Assembly (NCBI GenBank): GCA_903837125.1
Contig: CAILTG010000021.1
Span: forward strand, 11,627-75,626
Source: Candidatus Magasanikiibacteriota bacterium
GTDB taxonomy: Bacteria > Patescibacteriota > Patescibacteriia > Magasanikbacterales > UBA922
Length of the DNA stretch: 64,000 bases
Direction: 5' to 3'
Each line of letters begins with the position of its first letter. Position 1 is the stretch's first letter. Of this stretch, positions 1 to 10,163 are shown one piece after another. The position numbers and the translations under genes are program-made. The notes under the pieces were generated by a model that was not told where the DNA came from, searched no databases, and was given only the letters and a program-made list of their open reading frames with translations.

Positions 1-320
1 AGCATGGCTACCTTTATACCATTACTATCTGCAGCAAAAGGCACTACACCTTTTGCGCGAGCCACTAATTCTGGCACTTTTTTCATTAAATCTTGGTCAA
101 TCTTTTCTCTACCTAAATTAACATAAACCTTGCCATAATACTCTGCTAAAGCTTGACCTAAAATATCCTTAGTGATGTATCCGCCCTCAATTAAGTATTC
201 AACAAGGCCCATCCCTGTGTCCTGCATGCCTTGTTCCACCTCTTTAATATCTTTTGCCGCCAAATAGGTCTCTCCAACCAAAATTTTCTTTATTTTGTCA
301 TCTGCTAACCTTTCTACCAT
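1..320 (-). CDS. Partial (5' end) type IV pilus/T2SS assembly ATPase, PilB/GspE-like N-terminal domain
   Basis: Manual translation from ATG at 320: MVERLADDKIRKILVGETYL...LVEYLIEGGYITKDILGQALAEYYGKVYVNL...KVPELVARAKGVVPF..., resembling the PilB/GspE N-terminal region; runs off the window edge, so the ATPase core is not visible. Confidence 0.65.
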   Translation of the reverse strand, partial: MVERLADDKIKKILVGETYLAAKDIKEVEQGMQDTGMGLVEYLIEGGYITKDILGQALAEYYGKVYVNLGREKIDQDLMKKVPELVARAKGVVPFAADSNGIKVAM

Positions 321-515
321 ATATTTATAATATACAAAAATTAAGTTTTGGCTAAACTGGCTTGTTTTATTATATCACAAACAACAAAACCTGGAAACTT
401 TAACAAAAAACCGCTCCTGTGTTATAATAACACCAATTAATACTGAACGAAACAAATTAAACAGCTTTATTTCAAATACAATATCTGTCTAAATCAATGC
501 TAAAACAATACAACT

Positions 516-1607
516 ATGCAAAATTGGATATTTAAAGAAATAACTGAAGAAGTGCGACATTTCATGGATTCCATAGGTGATGGTATATTAGTAGTAAATA
601 AAAATGGCATTATTTTAAGCTGTAATAAATCAATTTGTAATATCCTTGGTTACAAAAGAAAAGAAGACTTAATAGGACGTCCTACCCTACCCTTACTGAG
701 TCCAATTGATGCCAAGGGTACGCCTATTACCAAAAAAAATGCGGCCCTGTTTGAGTCAATTAATAAAGGACTAAAAATAATGAATGCTATTCGCCAATTT
801 ATTAAAAAAGATGGCAGTCGTTTATGGTCGTCTATTACCACCACTCCTGTTAAAGACAAAAACAATATGGTGGAGGGGGCAATTTTAATTATTAGAGATA
901 TTAATGAAGAAAAACAACAAGAAGAATACCAAGCCGATTTTGCACACATTGCCAGTCACAATTTGCGGTCACCTTTAGGAAATGTAATGTGGGCCACCGA
1001 ATACCTATTAAGCAATAAACCAGGAGTCCTAAATGAACAACAAAGCACTTACTTAAATGACTGTTATAAAACACTAAAAGAAATGAATCGTTTGGTTAAT
1101 GACTTACTTAGTATTTCCAATATACCCTATAAAAAAATTAAACCTGTCTACAAAAAAGTTCTTTTAGAAAATACTTTCGCTAAAGTGTTCAATGATTTGC
1201 AGTACTACGCCAGATCCCACAATATTAAAATAAAATTGATAACCAAAAAACAAAAACATTTTATAAAAGCGGATGAAAATCATGCTAGAACTATTTTACA
1301 AAATATCATTGAAAACGCTGTTCGCTATTCTTTTTCCCACACCGATATCAAAGTAGAATTTAAAAAAGAAAAAAAATACATTATTTTTTCTTGCACCAAC
1401 CAAGGTATCGGCATACCAGAAAACAAGAAAAAATTTATTTTTGCAAAATTTTTCAGAGCTGGCAATGCTGTCAATAAAGAAGGCCAGGGTACGGGGCTGG
1501 GACTTTATATTGTAAAAGAACTAATAAATTTAAACCAAGGACAGATTTGGTTCACTAGTGAAGAAAATAAAAATACTACTTTTTATATTAAATTCTTAGC
1601 TTATTAA
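516..1607 (+). CDS. PAS-domain sensor histidine kinase (soluble)
   Basis: PAS-like N-terminus; H-box ASHNLRSPL, N-box NIIENAVRY, G1 NQGIGI, G2 GTGLGL. Confidence 0.9.
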   Translation: MQNWIFKEITEEVRHFMDSIGDGILVVNKNGIILSCNKSICNILGYKRKEDLIGRPTLPLLSPIDAKGTPITKKNAALFESINKGLKIMNAIRQFIKKDGSRLWSSITTTPVKDKNNMVEGAILIIRDINEEKQQEEYQADFAHIASHNLRSPLGNVMWATEYLLSNKPGVLNEQQSTYLNDCYKTLKEMNRLVNDLLSISNIPYKKIKPVYKKVLLENTFAKVFNDLQYYARSHNIKIKLITKKQKHFIKADENHARTILQNIIENAVRYSFSHTDIKVEFKKEKKYIIFSCTNQGIGIPENKKKFIFAKFFRAGNAVNKEGQGTGLGLYIVKELINLNQGQIWFTSEENKNTTFYIKFLAY

Positions 1608-1611
1608 ATTT

Positions 1612-1986
1612 ATGAAAACAAATAAAAAAATCCTGATTGTTGAAGACGACCTGTTTACCATTAAACTCTACACTCGACTCTTAAACGACGCTGGTTTTGA
1701 TACCATTAGCACCCCCACAGCTCGAGAAGTGATTGGTTTAGCTAAGAGAGAAAAACCAAATTTAATAATTGTTGATTTAATGTTGGTCGACGGCAATGGC
1801 TTTGAGGTAATTAAGGAAGTTAGATCAACCACTGGCCTCAAGAAAATTCCCATCATAACCCTCTCCAATTTGGGACAAGAAACAGACATCAACGAGGCCA
1901 TTCGCAAAGGCAGTAATAAATACTTTGTTAAAAGCAACACGCGTTTTGAAGAAGTAATAGAAGCAGTAAAAGAATTAATTCAATAA
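1612..1986 (+). CDS. Single-domain response regulator (CheY-like receiver)
   Basis: KILIVEDD, IIVDLML (phospho-Asp), LSN, YFVK; 4 nt after the kinase. Confidence 0.9.
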   Translation: MKTNKKILIVEDDLFTIKLYTRLLNDAGFDTISTPTAREVIGLAKREKPNLIIVDLMLVDGNGFEVIKEVRSTTGLKKIPIITLSNLGQETDINEAIRKGSNKYFVKSNTRFEEVIEAVKELIQ

Positions 1987-3924
1987 TACTTCCTCGCCCG
2001 TCTTAGTTATCTTCTGTCCAGTAACCATATCATCAGCCGTGATTTTTACCTTGGAAGCAAGACTAGTTTGTGTAGAATTTTTATTATTTAAAGTCACGGA
2101 AAATTGCAAAGTCTCATTATTTTTATTGATTGGAAGATCATCAATGTTCCAAGTTATTATTTTTTTCTGACTGTCAAAATTAGCTTTTCCCAGTGGCACT
2201 TTTAAATCACCTTGATTCCAATCAAAATCTCCATATAAATCAGCCTGCAATTCTAGATTCTTTAATTCATGAAAAGAATTAGTTAGGAGCCAAAAAATTC
2301 TATGTGTTTCACGACCAGTGGCATCAAGAGAAACTTCATCTTTGGTTTGTAAATTTAAATCAGAATTAATCAATAAATTAATTGGATTACTTGTTATAGT
2401 TTTAACTTCTCCATTATTAGTATATTTTACCTGCGCCGTGATAACAATATTATTGGCAATAAACTGCGTTAAGTTTAAATCTAAAGAACTGCGAATTGGT
2501 AAATGCCAATCAAAATTTACTTCGTCTCCTGGTTTTAAATTGCCTAAATTAGCAACCTTTTCTGAATTCCAAACTATTGAGCCTCTTCTTATTTCTTCAC
2601 TCTGTTTTTGGCCGGTAATTGTGCCATCATTAGGATCATCCAATTTGGTCCAATCCATAATACTACGGTTATTATAAGCTGGAGCATCAACAATTAATTG
2701 TAGTTCAGCATTTGTTAAATCAACCGTTCCCGAATTCTTTAACATAATACTTCCATTCAAAATGTCCCCAGGCTGTACCTGAGCATCACCAACCGAACCA
2801 TTAACTGCCAAATTTATATTCAAATCATTGGCTACTAAATTCAACGGCAATACCTGTTCTTCCAAAACATATTCATTATCGTCTTTCCCATCTTTAGTAA
2901 TTACCACTTTAAAATTCAAACTACTGCTAGCAGTGCTGCTAACTGCCTTATATACTCCTCTTATCAAAAACACTTGATCATCAACTAGTGAAGAAATTGT
3001 CCAACGGTCCTGATTATTAAGATCAGTCTTCGGCGTACTGGAAGTTTTATTAAACAAATCTCCTGGCTGAAGTATTAGAGCAATATTTTTCAATTCCTGA
3101 CTAGTTTTATTGTGTAAAGTAACCTGATAAATTACCGGCAATCCCAAAGTCGCTCCTGTTGGTGATTGAATAATCATTTGCAGTGGAGAATTAATCATGT
3201 TTAAATCAAAACTAGCCACTTTTTGAAATTCAGAACTAAAATTAGCTGGTACATAATTTAAAAAAAACCTAAACGACTGTTGTTCATTGAGATTACCATA
3301 AATTTTTCCCCGAATATCTATATAACCACTCGACTGATTATTAATAGAACCCAAAATCCATTCATCATGTGTATCATTGGTGGCAGCAATGCTACTACTC
3401 ACAAATACAAAACCAGCCGGATAACGCACTTGTAAACTAACCTTACTTAAAGGAATATTTTGATTATTACGATACATCACACGGTACTCTACATCTTGGC
3501 CAATGGTTATTTTATTATCCCCAGTTATAGATAAAGTTACTTCGTCTTCTGCAAATCCTGTTTTTGGTTGCCAAAAGAAAAAACCAGCCCAAGCCACGGC
3601 ACCCAAAAAAAGACAGGAAAACAAAAGTGTTAAAAAAGCTCTGAGCAATCCCGATCCTTGTCTTTTTTTAAACTCTTTCATATCGGGCATTGTACCATCT
3701 TCATTTTCATAAATTTCCAACAGTTCTTTTTTGATTTTTTTTTCTTCTTCTTTTTCTTCTTTATCCTGAGTTTCAACCGAATCCACCACACTCTTTACTT
3801 CTTCACTCTTTTTCCCCAAAGACACGTTTCCTTTCCTCAAACTTTTTCTAACAAACTTATGCTCAAAAATATCCATGCCTTCAGCGGCTTGGTCTTGAAC
3901 AATTATATTTTTTTTCAAAGACAT
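1975..3924 (-). CDS. Single-pass membrane protein with repeated beta-sandwich (Ig/DUF11-like) extracellular domains
   Basis: Charged N-terminus, one hydrophobic helix (LLRAFLTLLFSCLFLGAVAWAGFFFW), then repeated Y.V.Y.N / YPAGF.FVSS / W.LG-type motifs. Confidence 0.6.
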   Translation of the reverse strand: MSLKKNIIVQDQAAEGMDIFEHKFVRKSLRKGNVSLGKKSEEVKSVVDSVETQDKEEKEEEKKIKKELLEIYENEDGTMPDMKEFKKRQGSGLLRAFLTLLFSCLFLGAVAWAGFFFWQPKTGFAEDEVTLSITGDNKITIGQDVEYRVMYRNNQNIPLSKVSLQVRYPAGFVFVSSSIAATNDTHDEWILGSINNQSSGYIDIRGKIYGNLNEQQSFRFFLNYVPANFSSEFQKVASFDLNMINSPLQMIIQSPTGATLGLPVIYQVTLHNKTSQELKNIALILQPGDLFNKTSSTPKTDLNNQDRWTISSLVDDQVFLIRGVYKAVSSTASSSLNFKVVITKDGKDDNEYVLEEQVLPLNLVANDLNINLAVNGSVGDAQVQPGDILNGSIMLKNSGTVDLTNAELQLIVDAPAYNNRSIMDWTKLDDPNDGTITGQKQSEEIRRGSIVWNSEKVANLGNLKPGDEVNFDWHLPIRSSLDLNLTQFIANNIVITAQVKYTNNGEVKTITSNPINLLINSDLNLQTKDEVSLDATGRETHRIFWLLTNSFHELKNLELQADLYGDFDWNQGDLKVPLGKANFDSQKKIITWNIDDLPINKNNETLQFSVTLNNKNSTQTSLASKVKITADDMVTGQKITKTGEEVLLN

Positions 3925-3960
3925 AAAATTTTTATGAATTTTCTATAAAAAACAAATTCA

Positions 3961-6567
3961 TTAATTATCTTTTTGCATCACCAATCCCAATGTTTTATCA
4001 GTCTTTAACTGCCATTTAACCGAAGCTCCATTCTTTCCCAAATCCAGATCTTCATTTATACGCCAAACTGGATGCCAGCCATCAGGATAGATAATCAAAG
4101 AAGAAAAATTATCCTCTACTCCGGATTGTTTTTGCACCAACAAACTATAAGACGAAGACTGCTTACTATTTATTCCCAAAAAAATTGCCAACTGATTAAC
4201 CGACACTGTATTGTCTTTTTGCTTAATTACTTTAAAAGGTAATCTATAAGTAAAATAAACTTCTGATGTTTGCCCCGGCGGAGTGATAACCCAATTACCA
4301 AAAGCCGTTTTAGCAAATTCTTGAGTTATTCTAGTTCCAGTTTTAGCGTGAATTGCCACCTCTTTTTCTAAATTCAACAAATCAACGTCATCTTGGTAAT
4401 CTTTTTTTGGCACATAAAAAGCGTCCTCTGGAGGAAAATTAAATCCTCCAGCATCCAATAATTCTGCACCAAGTGGTACATAAATTCGTAAATAATCTAC
4501 ATTATTTACACCATAAAATAATTCCCCGGGAGTACCAGTATGATTGCGCTGGATAATTACTGTGTCAATTACCGAACCATCTTCCTGCACTACTGTTTGA
4601 TGTTCAACATTTTCTTTAATTTTAGCATCTGTTTTTTGACCATCTAAATTAGTATTTACCGCCAAAAAATAATCCTGATTATCACTATTTTTATCTAACT
4701 CACCAGTCCAACCATAAGTCCTAAATTTATTCTGCACTTCTTGATCATTAAAATAAACCTGAATTTCTTTCTGTTGCAAAGCCTCTTGTAATTCACCTAC
4801 CAAACGCACCACTTCCATTTTATCTAAATGCTTAAAATTATCCAAAAATTGCGTGGCCAAACCACCAATTACTTCCTTAGGTTTATTGGCAACTTTATCA
4901 TAATTAATTTCCACTTGATATTGAAGTTTGGCTAAAGCATTATCTGCATTTAAAGTTAAACCACTCTTTTCATCTGCCATTGGCCCCATTACTCTTAGTA
5001 GCCTCTCCAAAACAGAGGCATTAATAGCTATCACCCCGTCCACTGTGGTATTGCGGCTGTGCTGATAAAACCATTCCAATTTTTGAGCAGAAACCGCAAA
5101 ATCGGGAAACCAATTTGCATCTTGAAACTCCCAACGGCCATTAGTAAGTTGTAGTGGTAACGGAGGTTTAACATACTGATCTAACTGACCCTGTAAATCG
5201 TAACTGCCACCAGCCGGAATATTTAAATTAATTATTTTCCCCTTTATTACATCTAGAACTGCAAAACTTCCAATAAAACCACCAGTAGGACGCACTTCTG
5301 AATTATTTTGAAAAACCAAAAGATAACGTTTTAATTGATCACTACCAAAAACTGTTTGCACGGCTCCTGACAAATCTGCCATATTTTTCATGTCATTAAT
5401 AAAAGCCGCAAATAATAATCTAAAATCATTAAACGACTGCTGATATTCTACCGGAACTGTTTGAACATTTACAGCACTTAAATCTTCCAAAGCTGCTTCA
5501 TACTGCGGAATAGCACTGTGTAAATATCTGGTTAATAAATTCAAACGATCGGTTAAAACCATTTGAGTTGATTTTTGCGTTGTATCTATTCCTTGCACCA
5601 AATAAGAATTACCCAAAGCCAAATGTTGGCCAGCTATTAAAAGATGCTGTCTACTGGTAACCTGCGTACCAATTATTGGCAAAAGACCGGCCACATATTG
5701 AAGCACTGTATGTTCTTTATCCATTATTGAAGTGGCTTGATTAAAAGAATTTAAAGCTGAATTCAAATCCATTTCTGCCTGTGGAATATTTGATTGCATC
5801 GCCGCCACGGTGGAAGATTGTAAAGCCAAAAAACCACTAGTACTGGCTTCCACAATTCTGCTACTTTCATCTTTTAAACTATGATAATAAGCAATTGTGG
5901 GAAAAGGTAAACCTAATAAAATTAATAAAATCAAACTGGCGTAAACAACTTTTCTGAAATATAATTTGTTTTTAAAATCTTTTAATCTTTTAATTTCTGC
6001 TAATTTAAATAATTTTAATTTTTCCTTAAATGATTTTTTAAAATAACTAAAACGATAACTAAAATTTAATCCTGGTAACATTAATTTTGGCAAAACAAAT
6101 TTTTGTTTAGCTGATTTAGTTAATTTTTGTCTACCAAATTTTTTCTTTTGTGCTAATAAAATATTCTGCAAATCAAACTCATCATCGGCCAAGCTTAAAT
6201 CTTTAGTCTTAGTTTTTAATCCGTCATTGTGTTCCTTTACTAATTTTGCAAAATCCACCACTTTTGGTTTAAGTTTTATCTCCACCGGCGCTTCTTGATA
6301 TATTTGCACCCCTTGCCAAACATCAGCTTTTTTCTTATGGGTTAAATCTACTACATGAGGTGAATGACTATGTTTTTCTGAAAAATTGATAAGTACCGCT
6401 TTCGGAAAAACATTTTTTTTACTATTAGATAAGTTCTTTTTTGATGTTAAATTAGCAGTTTTTAAAACTTTTTGTTTAACAACACCAAAACTACACCTGG
6501 CACCATTATGCCCAGTCTTGCCACACTTTGAACAACGCCTCAATTGTATCCCTCTTTTTACAGGCAT
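3961..6567 (-). CDS. DUF4012-family membrane-anchored protein with N-terminal CCHC zinc knuckle
   Basis: YLLVFQNNSEVRPTGGFIGSF, FQDANWFPDF, VDGVIAIN, YLRIYVPLGA motifs; one TM helix; CSKCGKTGHNGARC at aa 12-25. Confidence 0.8.
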   Translation of the reverse strand: MPVKRGIQLRRCSKCGKTGHNGARCSFGVVKQKVLKTANLTSKKNLSNSKKNVFPKAVLINFSEKHSHSPHVVDLTHKKKADVWQGVQIYQEAPVEIKLKPKVVDFAKLVKEHNDGLKTKTKDLSLADDEFDLQNILLAQKKKFGRQKLTKSAKQKFVLPKLMLPGLNFSYRFSYFKKSFKEKLKLFKLAEIKRLKDFKNKLYFRKVVYASLILLILLGLPFPTIAYYHSLKDESSRIVEASTSGFLALQSSTVAAMQSNIPQAEMDLNSALNSFNQATSIMDKEHTVLQYVAGLLPIIGTQVTSRQHLLIAGQHLALGNSYLVQGIDTTQKSTQMVLTDRLNLLTRYLHSAIPQYEAALEDLSAVNVQTVPVEYQQSFNDFRLLFAAFINDMKNMADLSGAVQTVFGSDQLKRYLLVFQNNSEVRPTGGFIGSFAVLDVIKGKIINLNIPAGGSYDLQGQLDQYVKPPLPLQLTNGRWEFQDANWFPDFAVSAQKLEWFYQHSRNTTVDGVIAINASVLERLLRVMGPMADEKSGLTLNADNALAKLQYQVEINYDKVANKPKEVIGGLATQFLDNFKHLDKMEVVRLVGELQEALQQKEIQVYFNDQEVQNKFRTYGWTGELDKNSDNQDYFLAVNTNLDGQKTDAKIKENVEHQTVVQEDGSVIDTVIIQRNHTGTPGELFYGVNNVDYLRIYVPLGAELLDAGGFNFPPEDAFYVPKKDYQDDVDLLNLEKEVAIHAKTGTRITQEFAKTAFGNWVITPPGQTSEVYFTYRLPFKVIKQKDNTVSVNQLAIFLGINSKQSSSYSLLVQKQSGVEDNFSSLIIYPDGWHPVWRINEDLDLGKNGASVKWQLKTDKTLGLVMQKDN

Positions 6568-6686
6568 GTAATTTTACAAAACTCTTGAGTGAATTGATAA
6601 ACTAATTTTATCTCTAAACTTAGAGAAAATATCAACTTATCAGCTAGTAGGTACATTATAGCACATTTTAAGAGTCAAAAAAAGAA

Positions 6687-6711
6687 AAACCATCCTGGGT
6701 GTGGATGGTTT
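6687..6711 (-). terminator. Intrinsic terminator downstream of the asparaginase gene
   Basis: aaaccatcc-N7-ggatggttt hairpin followed by a U-rich tract on the minus strand. Confidence 0.65.
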
Positions 6712-6739
6712 GTTAGGTTATAGGTTATAAATCTTAGCT

Positions 6740-7936
6740 TTATCTTAATGTTCTTTCATGATTTGGCTCAACTTCTTTAGCTTGTTTTTCTAATATTTTT
6801 GACTCTCTAATTATTTCCCCTTTACTTTCACCACGTAAATTATGTTTAAGTAACTCTTTTATTTCCAAAGGATCACGTGTTCTGCTTAACACGTAATATA
6901 ATTTCATCAAGGCTTGTCTAAACCTCATCATTGATTCCGGTTTACACCATTCCGAACTAGGTGCATCTTTACGACGATTATAAAATACTACGGCATTATC
7001 TGAACGATTATCCTCTATTAATTTAAACAACTCACTTTCTCTTTCCACGTCTCTGTCAAAAATTAAAATTACATCTGCGTATCTCACAATATCTGCGGAT
7101 AACGGAGTTGCTATTCCGATCGGTAAAATTTTCAACCCTTCTTCCAATTTATGAAAATTTAAACTAGGCTCACCACTTGACAATAAACTTTTTTCATCTA
7201 AGATAATTTCACACTCTAATTTAAAATCAGTACTTAAACCATATTCTTCCACACTACTTTCATCTTCTCCGTGCCTAATTCTGCCAATTACTTCCTGTTG
7301 CTCTGGCTCATAAAAAGCATCTCGTTGCTGTGCATTATATTTGTGTGAATTATTTCCACGAATAATTCTTCCATAAAAACACAACACCACTTCTGGGATC
7401 AATGGAACTTCAAATCCTGAACGCCCAGCAAGATGTACTGCATCTACTAAATTTCTTGGTCCGTCAGACCCTTTTTTATCATTAACTTTTTCAATTCTAT
7501 AATTTTTTATTTCACCAGCGTTTTTTTCTCTTTCTCTATCAATAGCCGGATCCATTGAACCAGTAAACACCACTGGTTTATTTAAACCATCTAACATATA
7601 AGAAAGAGAACCTGCTGCATCCTCCATAGTATCTGTTCCATAAACTACTACAAAACCATCATATTTTTCGTAATTTTCTTTAATCCTTTGCCCCACCATA
7701 TTAAATGTCTCTAGACGAGCTTGAGAAGAATCAATAAAAACTTCCTTACCAGTGTTTTCATCTTTAGATTTTAATTCCTGCCATTCAATATCATAAGGCA
7801 ATTGGTCTACTTCTGGAATATTTTTTCTTAAATTCTCTAAAGAATCAGGTGTTAAACCACCACCATCTTTTCTCTTCATACCAATAGTTCCACCAGTATA
7901 AATAATCAAAATTTTTCTTGCTGAGGGCTCTTTCAT
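6740..7936 (-). CDS. L-asparaginase (type I/AnsA-like) N-terminal domain with divergent C-terminus
   Basis: IYTGGTIGM, DSS, YGTDTM, KPVVFTGS, IRGNNSHK motifs; C-terminal third not recognisable. Confidence 0.75.
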   Translation of the reverse strand: MKEPSARKILIIYTGGTIGMKRKDGGGLTPDSLENLRKNIPEVDQLPYDIEWQELKSKDENTGKEVFIDSSQARLETFNMVGQRIKENYEKYDGFVVVYGTDTMEDAAGSLSYMLDGLNKPVVFTGSMDPAIDREREKNAGEIKNYRIEKVNDKKGSDGPRNLVDAVHLAGRSGFEVPLIPEVVLCFYGRIIRGNNSHKYNAQQRDAFYEPEQQEVIGRIRHGEDESSVEEYGLSTDFKLECEIILDEKSLLSSGEPSLNFHKLEEGLKILPIGIATPLSADIVRYADVILIFDRDVERESELFKLIEDNRSDNAVVFYNRRKDAPSSEWCKPESMMRFRQALMKLYYVLSRTRDPLEIKELLKHNLRGESKGEIIRESKILEKQAKEVEPNHERTLR

Positions 7937-9072
7937 ACTTTCTGAGTTAAATATATTTTTAGTGTTTTTTTAATAAAATCTTCTCCTGAATACCTTTTCA
8001 ATTCTTCTTTCGCCTTTTCTCGCAACTCCAGTCTAATATTTTCATCAGTCAAACCAGTATGTATAACTTCCGCCATTTGTTGATAATTTTCCGGATCAAA
8101 ATATAATGCCCCTTCACCTAATACTTCTGGTAAACAACTGGCATCAGATGATACCACTGGCACACCATACGTCATTGCTTCAAGCGGCGGCAAACCAAAA
8201 CCTTCATAAAGTGACGGAAAAACGTAAAGTGAAGCGTTTTGATATAGATTGGCGAGTTCTTCATCTGAAACAAAGTCAGTAAAAACTAAATTGTGATCTT
8301 TCAATCTTTCAATCTTTAAATCTTTAAATAATTTCTCATAAAAGAAATTATTCTTTCCCACCAACACTAACTGATAATCCTCACCATACTTCTCACCAAA
8401 TATTTTCCACGCCCTTAACAATCCTTCCAAATTCTTATGAGGATATGCATTACCTACATAAAGAACATACGGCTTGTTAATTTGAAATTTGAAATTTGAA
8501 ATTTGAAATTTATTTGTATCTTGATTATTGATTATTTTTGTAAACGGTGCTTGATAAATAACCACCATTTTCTCCAACGGCACTCCCAAAGTTTGATGCA
8601 CATCCTGTTTAGTAAATTCACTCGTTACAATAATCTGTTTGGCCTTTTTTACCGCATGACGTAACACTAAACGATGAACCAAATCTTTAAACCAATAAAC
8701 AAATCGTCCGTGCGTACTCGCCTCTTGGCGAGGATAATGATACATTATTAAATCATGAATGGTAACCACGAATGGTTTATTATAAAACAATGGTACATTC
8801 CAATGTGGAAAATGCATTAAATCTACTTGCTCTTTTTCAATTATCTTCTTAAATTTAAACTGCTCTTGCCAACTATACCATGATATATTTGCTTCAATAA
8901 TCTTAAAGCTGTTCGGTAATTCTGCACTCTCCAATTCTTTTGCATTTCTTACAAAAATAAAGTATTCACTCTCTTTGTCTATTTCAGCCAAACCCAAAAC
9001 CAACTCCTGAACATACCTGCCCAAGCCTGCCTGTTTTGGTCCATACATCCGCGCATCTATACCAATTTTCAT
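7933..9072 (-). CDS. GT4 family glycosyltransferase
   Basis: MKIGIDAR, VVTIHDL, FPSLYEGFGLPPLEAM. Confidence 0.92.
   Translation of the reverse strand: MKIGIDARMYGPKQAGLGRYVQELVLGLAEIDKESEYFIFVRNAKELESAELPNSFKIIEANISWYSWQEQFKFKKIIEKEQVDLMHFPHWNVPLFYNKPFVVTIHDLIMYHYPRQEASTHGRFVYWFKDLVHRLVLRHAVKKAKQIIVTSEFTKQDVHQTLGVPLEKMVVIYQAPFTKIINNQDTNKFQISNFKFQINKPYVLYVGNAYPHKNLEGLLRAWKIFGEKYGEDYQLVLVGKNNFFYEKLFKDLKIERLKDHNLVFTDFVSDEELANLYQNASLYVFPSLYEGFGLPPLEAMTYGVPVVSSDASCLPEVLGEGALYFDPENYQQMAEVIHTGLTDENIRLELREKAKEELKRYSGEDFIKKTLKIYLTQKV
8479..8511. repeat. (AATTTGA)4-AATTT heptamer array inside the GT gene
   Basis: Read directly; encodes KFQISNFKFQI; identical 33-mer at 27651-27683. Confidence 0.9.
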
Positions 9073-9103
9073 ACCTCATTACTTTATCAGTTTTGGATAA
9101 AAA

Positions 9104-9132
9104 AAACAATCCCGATTGAGTCGGGATTGTTT
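9104..9132 (-). terminator. Intrinsic terminator
   Basis: aaacaatcccga-ttgag-tcgggattgttt perfect 12-bp stem flanked by A/T tracts. Confidence 0.75.
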
Positions 9133-9141
9133 AAAAAACTT

Positions 9142-10020
9142 TTATTTAAATATACCTTGAACTGTTAAAAATGCTTCATTTTTCTCTAATGGTAAAGTGG
9201 AGGTCGGTAAATTCAAATTATCCACGCTAAGAAATTTTTGAAATTTATTTGCCTGCAAACCTTCCGCTGTTACTATCCTCTTTTGCCCATTTTGAACAAA
9301 CCAGACGTTGCCATTTTTGTCTTTAACAGCCGAACCTTCTGGAGAAGAATCTATGGTAAATGGTAACCCTATTTTATTAAATATTTCATAATATAACTGC
9401 AAATTCTGATCGTTAATTATTTTTTTGAACCAATCATCTCCATACCATTTAGCAAGCCACTCATTACTAACTTGGTTCAATGAACAATTCAAACCGGTAT
9501 AATATATTTTTGAAGGAACAATTGGAAAAATAACAACATTTCCCGCCCTGTAACAAACTGGACTGCCAATCCCAAGTATGGTAATTGCTTCCGGAGGTAA
9601 GGTTACAACATTGATATAACTTGAAAAATAATCATGATAAATAGTACCACTTTTAAACTCATGTAATTTACCATTTCCTACAACCCAAACTCTAGATTCA
9701 CCAGATATTTTAACCAAATCACCATCAATCAAATTTGGAATAACTATCTGTTTGCACCCGTCCTGCCATTCTACCTGGTATTGAATAGATGAAGTACAAG
9801 TTAATTTATAAGTACGCATCCCATGTCCAGCATCCCGACATTCACTTTTTAAAACATAAGTACTGCCAAAATTTGTCACTTTAATATCTTTGCCAACTTG
9901 CTGGCAGGCTGTAACATTTACTAAATTAATTCCTGTTGCCGGAGTTATTGCCTTCGTAATACTTGGTAAAAACAAAATTGCTAAAGCAACTACGGCTAAT
10001 GAGATGACAATTTTTCGCAT
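9142..10020 (-). CDS. Secreted/surface hypothetical protein with a 4-Cys CxDAGHG module
   Basis: Signal peptide-like N-terminus; Cys module shared with 43052..44101; GDLVK...VW...GK repeat-like C-terminal part. Confidence 0.6.
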   Translation of the reverse strand: MRKIVISLAVVALAILFLPSITKAITPATGINLVNVTACQQVGKDIKVTNFGSTYVLKSECRDAGHGMRTYKLTCTSSIQYQVEWQDGCKQIVIPNLIDGDLVKISGESRVWVVGNGKLHEFKSGTIYHDYFSSYINVVTLPPEAITILGIGSPVCYRAGNVVIFPIVPSKIYYTGLNCSLNQVSNEWLAKWYGDDWFKKIINDQNLQLYYEIFNKIGLPFTIDSSPEGSAVKDKNGNVWFVQNGQKRIVTAEGLQANKFQKFLSVDNLNLPTSTLPLEKNEAFLTVQGIFK

Positions 10021-10057
10021 AAATATAATTTAGAAATAATTAAGTTAAGAATAGCAA

Positions 10058-10086
10058 ATTATAGCACAAAAATCACCACTTGTCAA
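10058..10086 (-). promoter_or_regulatory. Sigma70 consensus promoter
   Basis: TTGACA-17 nt-TATAAT with TG extension, upstream of the start at 10020. Confidence 0.75.
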
Positions 10087-10163
10087 GGCTTGACGGTGTA
10101 TAACTTAATTAAAAATAGCTTTGTTTAGCCATTATAACTTCTCATTTCTTACCACCATCAGGT

